Positions 38,956 to 50,600 of a stretch of 64,000 nucleotides of DNA are shown here, piece by piece. The notes below the pieces were generated by a model. The model was not told the origin of the DNA and ran no database searches. It saw only the letters and a list, made by a program, of their open reading frames with translations. Numbering within the stretch: position 1 is the stretch's first letter; the number at the start of each line of letters is the position of its first letter. The position numbers and the translations under genes are program-made. Source of the stretch: Marsupella aquatica (lineage: Eukaryota; Plantae; Marchantiophyta); assembly GCA_973895155.1 (NCBI GenBank), contig OZ316894.1, positions 1,216,953 through 1,280,952 on the forward strand, in the 5' to 3' direction.

Positions 38956-41900
38956 ATTGCTTAAAGTTTGATCGTCATAAATTAGGCTGTGCGCGTTATT
39001 TTTTCAGATCAGGTGTTTTTGCATTGTGCATCTACAATACCTTGCCTGGCAGTCTTTAAGAAGACGAGCGTTACAGACGGATCGGTACCGGTGTTTCCTT
39101 TGTATTATATGTACCAGTATTTTCAAAAGGGGGATTCTAGTCGCTTGCTCCTAGATGGTCTTCACGTTGGGAAGAAACGTATATGTCAGAGTCTTCTTAT
39201 TGGTACGTACACCTCTCTCTGAGGTTCGGGAATTGAATACTTAGCAAGCATTATTCAAATTGGTCATTAGAGTGGGAAACACCCATTTCGTTGAGATTTC
39301 TGTCAGTAGCTTGGATTTCCGATTTCAGGAGTCTATTGTTCTCAGTGGCGGTATATTTGTGTGAATACATTTAGTCAGCTGGTGAATGTTTAGTTAGTCT
39401 AGGTTTAGGTCCGAATTCAGTTGTAGGGAGTTTCTAAAGCTGGTCGAGGACGAGGCAAAATTTACGAAGATTGCCTTGGTTCTCAGGTTGGGTTAATTTG
39501 TGTTACTCGGTCGTGGGGAGAAATTGATCGATCTCGTGTCCTTTACGCTAAGACGCCCTCCACGGCGAGTCGTGTTTGTATTCTCACTATTGGATTGCGA
39601 AGAACCTCGAGATTTAATTCTCAATTTGTGCTTATCGACCTTGCTTTGAGATCGTGGGAGTGAGTCTTCCACAGCAATACTTGTTTGGCTGAATTCCGCA
39701 GACCCCCGTGCGCAGTTGCCCAGTGTGATCAGAATTGCCTTCATCAATTAAGTGTCGTCTTGAGTTCGCCGTTGGTGTACCTTTCCGTATGAGTGCTGCG
39801 TTACTTCTGTATTATGTTCCTGTAAATCTTTCGTCTTTGGAAACGTCTCGTCGGTGGCATCTTTCGTAGACATCCAGGATTTAGATTCCCCACTTTCAGC
39901 TCTCTTGCTCTCGAACTCGTCAAGAGGCTAGAGATGAAGGCGTAAGTGCGCACTAAATGGCTCTCTTCCTAGCAGTAATTGTTGTCCTGGCTCAGATCAG
40001 CGATTGCGAGACTGCGTTCGTGTCTATCAAGGTGTTGGAGCATCCCGTAACAATGTCGGTTACATTTCAGTACGTTGGTGTGCTCGTCTCCGTAGCGTCG
40101 AATGCTGTCATATCAGATATGACCTCCTGATGGGAAGGATTTAAGTATTAACGGAGAGATCGAGCAGCAGGCTCCAGTGATAATTTTTAGTATTTGAAAT
40201 TGTATCTGAGTCTCCGCGACTAGTCCCAACTCGATGGGGGTCTCGTATGTATGTTCGAAGTTGGCAACCGATTCTAGAGCAGGAGGGTCATCTAGAGGTC
40301 TAAGATCGAAGCCTACACGATGCAACCTGAGGCATTCTTCATAGAATTTACGAAGATTGCCGCTACTATATTGAAAACTCTTCGATTGCATTCCCATGTG
40401 CATTGGAGGACGGGAAGAGATAGCTTGATTATGCTCCAGCTTTGGCAAGCGTAAGAGTAGGAGCTATATCTGTTGTATAAGTGGAATTTGCATTCCATCG
40501 TAGCATTATCGTCCAGTGTCGGCAGACGTTCGGCTATTGTTTCGGGTGTTCTCATGGTTCATGCTGACCATGGAATGCTCGACCTTGCGCACGTAAAGGA
40601 CTTTCGTGTACGGAGTGCTGTAAGTTAAGCACCTCAAGAACCGTCGTAGTTCAGATCTTGGAGAAGCATGAAGTACTGCGCATGCGATCTTGTTACCTAT
40701 GGGCTGGAGGATGGGAGGCTGGCTCTGAGAATATTGGAAGATTGAGAGGGTTGCGAATTCCGGGCTCCAATTGTCTAAGCCGGGGCTTGGAAGCTTCGGT
40801 TATAATTGAAGAGAATTGTGTAGAGATGCTACGTACACAACGCTCAGCGGATCATCTTCACGAACTCGTGCTTGGAGTAATCTACTTCACGATTAGGTTC
40901 TATATCTCCCGGCCGGCGATTTCGCGAAATCGCAGATTTGTACAGCCATGACGTTGGAGCTCACTTGCGCTGATTCCGCTTCACAGGTGCGTCCCTTCTA
41001 TTTAATTCCCCGTCCTGTAGGGCACTGTGATGCACGAGTTCGATCAATTAAAGAAAGAGTATTCGGGTGATTGGCTTCGTCAGCCTTTTGAGTTATGATG
41101 GTTTGAGCCTGATAGAAGACGGCGCACTTATTAATGGATAAATCTGATATCACTAGGGAGTCCAGTGATTTCTGACAATATTGCTGCAAACGAGTTTATC
41201 GTTGCTCCATTGAGCTTTACTCCACCCGTTACGAGTCTGACCATACGTGCGCGTCCGGCAGACTCCGCGGTGGAATGCCTATCGAACTCAATTATAGAGT
41301 ACTCTCTCAATTCAGATTTCCCTCTGCTATTCCTGAATGGATAGGACAGCAGGATCTTCATGGTTGCCCGACGGTAGTAGTGTAGGATGGCGAGGCGCCG
41401 AGCTCTTCAATATGAGAACGCCAAGTCACGTACGAAATCCTAGCTTCTTCGTCGAAGCTCGGAGTCCGACTGGTCAGTGAACAGACCGGGTGCGACAACG
41501 TTGTTGCTATGGTTTTATTTGATGGATCGACCACACCAAAACGGATTGGTAGAATCTTCATCTTTAGTTCCCGACCCCTGACCGATCCTGAAAAGCATGC
41601 GATCAGGCATACGGTAGGTTCAGAAGCAACAGGCTGGTACTACAGCTCGGAGCTCAGATATAGCCAGACGGGAGCTTCGTAGTCGCTCAGCCACTACGGA
41701 CGTCATGTGCTGATCTGTGCGTAATGGCATAGACAATTTTCTCTACTTGCAATCCAGCAAGAAACGATCAGACGGGCATGTTATTGGGTGGAGGAAAATT
41801 TTCTCTTCAACTCATCGGGCGGACCAAGATCTCGGAAACTTTCCGTCCCTCTAGCATAGGCCCAGCTGTACTTGTCAGCTGTGAGCGGTCTAAGGTTCCA

Positions 41901-43182
41901 TGTTGGCCGAGAAACCTCCAGTGCCGATAATTACTAAACAATAGACTTCAGTAGCATGTTCGACTGGAAATCTTCTTTGAGAAGATGATGTTCTCCACGT
42001 GTAGCAAGCATCGAATGCGTCGTGATACTGTCAGACTACCTGCCAATATTCAATCCGATCGAATCCATTCCTTTACGGCATTCTGTCGCTGGGTAGTGAA
42101 AGTAGTTACATGCCTTCATTTCGAGCACATCCCCTTCTTATCCAAGTGTGGATCAGTAATAAGAAAGGCTACAGATCGAGTTACCGTAGCTATGGCCCTT
42201 TTCTTTTTTCAGACGTTTACCGACGCAAACCATAATGATAATCAAGCAACCTGCCCGGTGTGCGCGCGATTGTCCTCTCTCTTTACCTCTATTCAATGCT
42301 GCACCTCCGCAGAACAGAACTGCCAGCTCATTGCCGAGATCCCGCTGCCTGCCGGTCTGGCCCCAGCCAGCCTCGGAGCCTCCCGAGTCAGACTCCAGAC
42401 AGTTTGTATCCCAAAACAAAATCCCGTCCAGAAAAGCAAAGCAACGTGACTGAGTGCTTCTCAGCTTCTCCTCTGATCGATGAGAACACCCTTCCTTCGT
42501 TCCTTCCGCTGCATGTGGAGCCGGAGTTGCCGGTGCATCCCATCCCAACTGTCAGCGTGCGCTTCGCCCTGCACATGTTCCCAATGACTCCTAGAGCTCC
42601 GGCTCCAATTTTGCTCATCAGCTCCATCCGTCCCAATTCAACTCCTTTCTTCCGAGCTCATCACCCGAGAGCACAATAATCATTACTCATCATTCCGAAT
42701 TTCCCACTCCCAAACCATTTCAGCAAATTCAGCTCCAATTCCCAAACGAAATCTTCTCATTGACTCAACTAACTCCCTGGGACGCTCAACTGCACTCGTC
42801 TCACTGATCAGCATCTCCTCACTAATCCAGCCGACATCCCGCTGTCGAACTTATCCCTCCCCCCTCTTTTGGACTGGCTATGCATGGAAAAAGTCCAAAA
42901 GCCCACCACCGCCAGTCTCTCAAAGCCTCGAGCTCAAGCCAAGTCACCGCTGTTCTGCACCACGACCTGTAAAGCTCCGAATCCGTCCAGACACTCCACC
43001 ACGCTCTCCTACCCATTCTCCACCACGGGCTTCGCCACCCTCTCAAGCTCTTCACAACTCACCACGCCATCCTCTCCAATCTGCGCCATGGGCTTCAAAA
43101 GCAAACCTCCACACCCCCTCATCCACCTCACCATCACCATCGCCAACAATAATAATAACAATCCCGTCCCCTCTGGGCCCCA

Positions 43183-43237
43183 TCCCAGCCCAGTCCAGTC
43201 TAGTCCAGTCCGGTCCAGTCCAGTCCAGTCCAGTCCA
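43183..43237. repeat. (CAGTC)n pentamer microsatellite
   Basis: About 10 near-perfect CCAGT units. Confidence 0.9.
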
Positions 43238-43459
43238 TGACTCTCCTCCTCCTCCTCGTCCTCCTCCTCGGCCAGATCATTCTCTCTATCCGGATTCAAG
43301 ACTGATCGCCATTCGCCACCCAAGTCGTGCACACACAAATTTACCACTCCGTAAACTCATTTTACCGTCCTCCTATTTTCTGGCCTGGCCGTTCCGCTTT
43401 CAGAGCATCATCAGACATGCGTGCATGCAATGCTCGTGCGTGATTCGGGTCCGTCTTCT

Positions 43460-43790
43460 TTTTCTCTGCCCGCGGGCAGACGCTGGGTGCCCACTGCCCA
43501 GTAGTAAGCGAGCGCACATGTGATCCGCAGTGCTTTTTCTTGTCGGCCCGCGGGCACAGGGGCCCATGGGCGAATCACAATGGGAACCGGGCCTTCTTTC
43601 TTGCTTGCCCGCGGGCAGAGGGGCCCAGGGGCGAATCACAATGGGATTCGGGCCTTCTTTCTTGCTTGCCCGCGGGCAGGACCCGAGTGCCCGTGGAGAG
43701 AGCTGTCTTGACTATTCGGGCCCCCAACCCGCGGGCAGGACGGGGGTGCCCCTGGAAAAGAAGAGGAGAGAAAAATGTGTGATTCGGGCC
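43460..43790. repeat. GC-rich ~61-bp tandem repeat carrying the GCCCGCGGGC palindrome
   Basis: TTCTTGCTTGCCCGCGGGCAGAGGGGCCCA.GGGCGAATCACAATGGGA..CGGGCCTTC occurs about 2.5 times. CCCGCGGGCA occurs five times. Confidence 0.8.
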
Positions 43791-44814
43791 TACCTCCAAG
43801 GGGCTTCTCCTCCATGCAAGGAGGCAGATCGGATAAGCTCTGCCCTGCTGGCAACTCATTAACGAATGACTATTATTGTATGCACCCTGTTAGTATTATA
43901 TTTTACTTATCTATTTTATATAATATAATTTATATCTATTTCATTTCATTAATTATTTAACACATTAAACAAAGAAATTCACTGTCTTTTACCAAACATG
44001 ATGTATTGCATACAATTGCATACTTCATTAATTATTTAACACATCAGACAAAGAACCTTATTACTGTCATTTACCGGATGTTGTTCTCAAATTCATAAAT
44101 GCCTAGATCTCATCCTCATCTGTTCGTGGTTTTGCTTACTGTCATGGCCTCTACCTTTTCTTATTCTGTTCTTATTAAACCGCAACTTGCCCCATACAAG
44201 GGGAAGTGTCCAAGACCTCCCTCTTTTTCACATTTCAATCACTCTTCTCCTCTAGCATGCCAGTTTGCTCCACAATTTTAGGAAAAATCTTTTTTTAATA
44301 GTAACTACAGGTAACTAGTAGCTTTTGAAGGGCAGTTGTGGTTTGAAATGGCTTTTCTCAGAAACCAGGGCTTTTCCTCTCTTTTTCACAAACAAAAAAG
44401 AAAGCTTTCATTATTCTTTCTTTACTATGGGGATCTCATGCTGTCTATTAATGATGAGTAAATATGCCCAACAACCAAAGGTTGAGAACGTATCAAGAGG
44501 ACCCCACTGCATAACAACTCCTGTGAATTCCCCTTGTTTCTCTTCTCTCTTTGAGCAATTTCTTGAATTGTACTCGTACTAGGCCCACCGCCAATGTATC
44601 AGCATTTACAAACCCATGCAAAAAGTGGGTGACCCTAAAGCTTGACACACAATTTGGGTGACCCTAAACTAAGTATATGTCCAATTCCTCTCCCTAATGT
44701 CAATCTACTACTAAGTAATGCCAATGGTAAAGTGAGACTTTAGTTCTATAGCCCTTGTGGAGACTTTTGTGCATTTTGGCTCTTTGAGATTTTGGCCCTT
44801 TAGTATTCCCCTTC

Positions 44815-46672
44815 CTCCCTTGTTTTCTCCCTTTCATTGTGTTTCTTACCTTTGGGATCATGTCGTCGGGTTTAGCTTTTTTGTTCCTTGACAGTTTGAT
44901 TATATTATTTACTAATCATCAGAATAGAGGTGTATCTCCATTGTTTCCTCCCTTTCATTGGGTTTCTTACCTTTGGGATCATGTCCCCGAGTTTAGCGTT
45001 TTTGTTTTTTGATAGTTTGACTATATAATTCACTAATCATCAAAATAGGGTCTAGTTTTCTCCCTTTCGTTTGATTTCTTACCTTAGTTTGGGATCGTGT
45101 CCCCAAGTTTAGCTTTTTTGTTCTTTGACAGTTTGATTATATAATTTACCAATCATCAGAATAGAGGTGTATCTCCCTTATTTTCTCTCTTTCATTCGGT
45201 TTCTTACCTTTCGGATCATATCCCCTGGTTTAGCTTTTTTGTTCTTTGATAGTTTGAATATATAATTTACTAATCATCAAAATAGGGGCTAGTTTTCTCC
45301 CTTTGATTAGGTTTCTTACCTTTGGGATCATGTCCCCGGGTTTTAGCTTTTTAAACTCTTCGACAGTTTGAATATATAATTTACTAATCATCAAAATAGG
45401 GGCTAGTTTTCTCCCTTTGATTAGTTTTCTTACCTTTGGGATCATGTCCCCGGGTTTTAGCTTTTTTGCTCTTTGACAGTTTGAATGTATAATTTACTAA
45501 TCATCAAAATCAAGGCATATCTCCCTTGATTTCTCCCTTTTGTTGGATTTCTTACCTTTGGGATCATGTCCGCAAGTTTAGTTTTTTTGTTCTTCGACAA
45601 TTTGAATAAATAATTTTCTAATCATCAAAATTGAGGCGTATCTCCATTGTTTTCTCCCTTTCATTGGGTTTCTTACCTTTGCGATCATGTCCCCAGGTTT
45701 AGCTTTTTTGTTCTTTGAAAGTTTGAATGTATAATTTAGTAATCATCAAAATATGGGCTAGTTCTCTCACCTTCATTGGGTTTCTTACCTTTGGGATCAT
45801 GTCTGGGTTTTAGTTTTTTTGCTCTTCGACAGTTTGAATATAGAATTTACTAATCATCAAAATAGGGTCTAGTTTTCTCACTTCCATTGGGTTTCTTGCC
45901 TTTGGGATCATTCCCTGGGTTTAGCTTTTTTGTTCCTTGACAGTTTGTGTTAAGGATTGCTCTTAGTCTTGTGACTCATAGGTTACGGTACTTAAGCTAA
46001 CCACAGTTAGGGTCTTAGCTGAGGTTAGGTTAGTCGTGTGTGACCTTGTATATACCAGGGCTAGTGTAAGCCGCTGGTGTGTAGTGTTTGTTGATTGTAA
46101 CGGAGCAACTTGAGGAAGAGAGAGAGCTTGTGTGTTTGACTACTCTAAAGTAAAGTTGTTGTGTTTGTGTGGACGTAGCCTTGGAGAAGCGATGAACCAC
46201 ATATCGATTGTGTCGACTACGTGAGCATGTGATGAATCATGATCGTATTGTCATGAAGGAAGACGTCATAGTTCAACAGTTTGGATGTATAATTTACTAA
46301 TCATCAAATCGAGGGGTATCTCCCTTGATTTCTCCCTTTCATTGGTTTTCTTACCTTTTGGATCATGTCCCCGAGTTTAGCTTATTTGTTCTTCGACAGT
46401 TTGAATATATAATTTTCTAATCATCAAAATCGAGGAGTATCTCCCTTGTTTTCTCCCTTTCATTGGGTTTCTTACTTTTGGGATCATGTCCACCAGTTTA
46501 GCTTTTTTGTTCTTTTGACAGTTTGAATATATAATTTACTAATCATCAAGATAGGGGCTAGTTTTCTCCCTTTGATTGGGTTTCTTGCCTTTGGGATCAT
46601 GTCCCCGGATTTAGCTTTTTTTTCTTTGACAGTTTGAATATATATAATTTACTAATCATCAAAATAGGGGCT
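44815..46672. repeat. Satellite-like tandem array, about 13 monomers of ~113-121 bp
   Basis: Repeated TTTCTTACCTTTGGGATCATGTCCCC...TTTAGCTTTTTTGTTCTTTGACAGTTTGAATATATAATTTACTAATCATCAAAAT, interrupted by a solo LTR. Confidence 0.95.
45948..46278 (+). mobile_element. Solo LTR (331 bp, probably Copia-type) inserted in the satellite
   Basis: Termini TGTTAA...TTCAACA (TG..CA) with a perfect 5-bp TSD GTTTG at 45943-45947 and 46279-46283. It has a TATA-like TATATA and a GGACGTAGCC...GAACCAC motif. Confidence 0.88.
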
Positions 46673-47672
46673 ACTGCCTGCAAAGTTTCAGAGAGGCATT
46701 CAATTCTGAATACAGTCATCTCTTCAAGTGCACACTCTTGGGAAGAAGTATCTGGTATGCACTTAATGCAGTTTTGCAGTACATGTAATTGCAGAAATTT
46801 TGGATTGTGCATTTATTGATAAGAGCTACAGTGCCTCCATGTGCAGTGGGGTCTCTGTCACTTTGTCAGTCACTGATCTTGTGACTCCCACCCTAAATTG
46901 TACATCCCTACCCTAAGAGTCCCCTGCCCCATAAGTACATTATTTACTCTGCAAGAAAGTGCCATGCACTTATCAGTAAGTGTAAGTTCATGGAATTGGG
47001 TGCTTAGTGAGAAGTGTACATGTACTCTTAAGGGTTTCAATTTAGATAGTTGTCATTTTGTTAAAGGTTTGGGGGCCGGCTGCAAACCTCAAGCCTCGCC
47101 CTTAGGCTTCCCCTCACTGCAAAGCATCCTCTTTCTGTACCACACGAAGAACTGCATCGTTGTTTGAGGTACCATTAAGGTTTAAAACAGTCTGGTTAAG
47201 TTTGGGTCCACTAAGTAAATTGTCATATTTTCAAACTACAGGCATGGGAAGTACATTCATCTAGAATGCATCTCAGGATATGGCATCTTGGTGAATGTCC
47301 CTGCAAACACAGACTACTATAGGGGCGTCAGTTTCTGCTTCCCTCTAGCTAACAAAAATCTACTCTAAAGGGAAACCTCGTATGTTTGAGCATTACATCT
47401 GATGACCCAAAAATATCTGTGGCAACAGTGTCTGGACACCAAATTTACGACAGTTCCAAAAACAAACAAAAGTTCACATAAAAAGCAAACAAAAAAACAA
47501 TATAGACCAATAAGTGGCTAATTATTACACTGCACATTCCTTTCCCAAAGAGAAGACGGCAAGAAGCAGTAGACTTCGGGCAGAGGTTGCCATCGAATGT
47601 ATTGAAATTTTGATTTGAGCATCTGACTTTAGAGAGACTTCGATTTAGAACATGTAAAAGTACAGCTATATT

Positions 47673-50600
47673 TCAATAGGGCATAATAATGGAAGGGCGG
47701 ATGAGTATCTTAGCCTCTAGGGATTGACTAGGAGGTTCGAGGGAGCTCATAGCACGCTGTACTTGTAACGCCATCTCCGAATGGAGCTGCACACAGGCTG
47801 TTGCCATCTGCAATGGAAAAAATTAATCAAAAGAATGGTCAGAAGTACTGTTCAAAAGTTCCAGACAAACCCTACTTGCGTCAGTTCAATAAGGTGTACA
47901 CTTTTTCTTTCGTCTACACAGTGCTAACTTGGGAGACGAGTCAGATTTCGCAATTAAAAGAATTCCTTCCTTCTGAAAGTCGCTTTGGATGCCTTCAGTT
48001 CAAAAGGCACCCTTTATAGAGAGCAATGACCCTATCTCGACCTACTTCAATACTAAACTATCCCCTAAACTTCGCATTCCCTACGATGCAGTATTCTGCG
48101 ATTATAAAGTTTTCGACAGGTCCTCTACAGTGCCGAATCTTTCGGCTGAAACCTAAGCAACATTTCATGATCAGGGCTAAGGATGTTGGAGAGGTCAAGG
48201 AACTAAAAATGAAGCTTCTTTCTTACCATAGAGCAGTCAGCATCCACGTCACTCATAGCAATGTCAAGCGCCCACTCACGGACCCACTCCAGATTGGAAA
48301 CAAGGCTGGACACCCCCGTTGTAAGGGATGCCACCACGTCGGATGGATGCAGAGCAACTAGCACCCGAGAGGCAGCAAACAATGCTGTTCTTCTGACAAA
48401 GGTTTCTGAATGACTTGAAATTTCTCTGTAGAGAAAACCAAGCCTCAGAGCTTTTCTCATTGAGAAACTTGATATGAAGAACAAAAGTGCATTCCTGGAC
48501 TAACACCTAAGTACCACTTTGACAACAACACTGACAGAAAACACGTACATAAATAGATGATGACCAATCGCACAGACAGACCGCAATAATATAATCTATC
48601 TAAAAGCAAAGTTCAATGCTGACAATTCTTGCAGGAGACACGAACAATTACCTCGTTCGCAGCAGTTCCAATAAGCCTGCACCTAAGATAGGAGCCTCTC
48701 GCTGCATATTGAGACACTCTATGCAAACCCCAAGCATTGAGAGAACTCCACCCAAAACATGAAAATCTCTGCCCAGTAGATCCAAACCCCGCCTTTTCTT
48801 GTCATAATCCCTCATTACTGGTAGCATAAATGCAGCTGCCAGAGGAGCAAATCTATTTTTTCGGGCCTCGCTAGAATTTTGGGTGCTCACATCTTTTCGC
48901 AACTGCATTGCTCGATTACCCCATCTTCGTGATCTTCCTAACGGTTTTTCACCAGGCTTCAGGGGCAGGTCCCGTTCATATCTGTGAGCCCATCCAACTA
49001 AACTTCCCCCTGGTAGTGGGGAGGATACCTCTACCCATGGACCTGCACCTGTACGACCGCTACTATTACCTGGTGCATACCAAGAGTCAAGGTCTGTTGT
49101 TCTAGCTATACTTGAAATCAGCTGGCCTCCCTTTTTCTCATTGAAAGACTTGTTTCCCTCACTGGTCGTCGCAAGCAGCCTCGCCCCAGCTGCACATTTC
49201 CGTAGAATGAAGAATAATTAACAGGTGCAGGATGAAACGCATGAACGCCGACGATTGAACATAGCCTAAATACACATTTTCCACGAATAATGTTATCCCA
49301 GTTCAGCTACGATACTAACCATTAGCTCTCTCGCAGAGATCTCCAACTCTGAAGGTACATGCAACGAGGGACCCTTAATTTCAGTCTAAATAGTGGAAAA
49401 GTAGTAATAAGGCAATTTAGACCCGAGAGTTCACCTGCCATTATGTCCAAAATAAGGATACGTTGGCTAACATCAACATGCTGAGAGAAAAGCTCTGTTG
49501 TCAGAACGGACACTGTCTGAACAGGAGCACACGAAATTAAAGCCAAAAGTGCCCTCTGACGCCTCTCTTCTGCTGCGTCTTCTTCCCCTTCCACAGAAAC
49601 TACGCCACATTTTACATGCACCAAAGCATGTGTAAGATCTGAAGCTAGATTGTCCAATTCCTCAGGCATTGCAAGGATGAACTTCTCTGCCACTTGAAGA
49701 GCCTCCTCCACCTGTTTGGGAGCATTTCGAGATCAGTGTCAGCTCGAAAGATCCATCCAAACACTGAACCAGGCACGCTTCTCTTGAACAAGAAATACGC
49801 CTTGATATTCATAAAAATATCAAGAAGAGCCTGCAAACCGTTGATCACACTTTCATCCTTTGACCTGTGCAATCACATGTGTCCTACCTTGTCACGACTT
49901 CTTCATCAGTCTAAGATAATTGAGACATCATTGGATTACCAGGATCTCTATTGGAATACAATAGAAGTTTACATCGGACTCAAACTGACATCTTGTCCGG
50001 TGGCAGGGGCTTCCCGATGATTAAAAATGAAACATGTAGTCAGCAAGCTTACCGCGTCTGGCTTGTCTCCTTTTCTCAAATTGATTGCAAGATCAGCTAG
50101 CTGGGTAACAAACTTTCCTCTGCGGACGTCATCTTCGTCATCAGACAAGTCATACGGCTGTAATTCGGAATCGCTGCCATCGTCAGACTCGGAGCTTTCC
50201 TCACTTTCATCATCCAGGCTGCCTTCTCCGAGCTTCACTACTGCGTCCGGATCATCTTCCTCAAGAGCCAGCTTTTCCTCCTTAGCTTTTCTCCTCCTAC
50301 GTCTTTCACGTTTCAGCTCATTATTATCACCATGACTGATGGCTCCATTGTGATCATTGTCCAACTCTGACTTACCAGTAATTTGCCTGTTCTCCACGGT
50401 ATTTAAGATAGATGATTTCTGACCAACTTGCTGTTCCAGTCCCTCCCAATTTAGGAGCTCTTCTATACTCTCACTCTCGTCGAAAAGAAGAGGATTTCCA
50501 GGATCCATTGCAGTTGAAAATGCAAGAGCGATTCGTTTTGCCATATTTCGAACCGGAATGAGAGGGCTATCAAGCCTATCTGGAGGAAAGCAAGAGATCG

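Noticed and set aside
43160-43195. CLE-like peptide NPVPSGPHPSPV in ORF 42869-43240
   Set aside because: It lacks the N-terminal R/H and C-terminal N/H of CLE dodecapeptides, there is no signal peptide, and it abuts microsatellites.
44815-46672. CRISPR-like array, or the repeat-protein ORFs 45230-45445 and 46597-46812
   Set aside because: The whole monomer is repeated with no unique spacers, and the context is eukaryotic. The ORFs are by-products of the satellite.
49021-49030. A third U12-like donor (GTATCCTC) in TEL2
   Set aside because: It lies within a continuous in-frame exon (GPWVEVSSPLPGGSLVGWAHRYERDLP).
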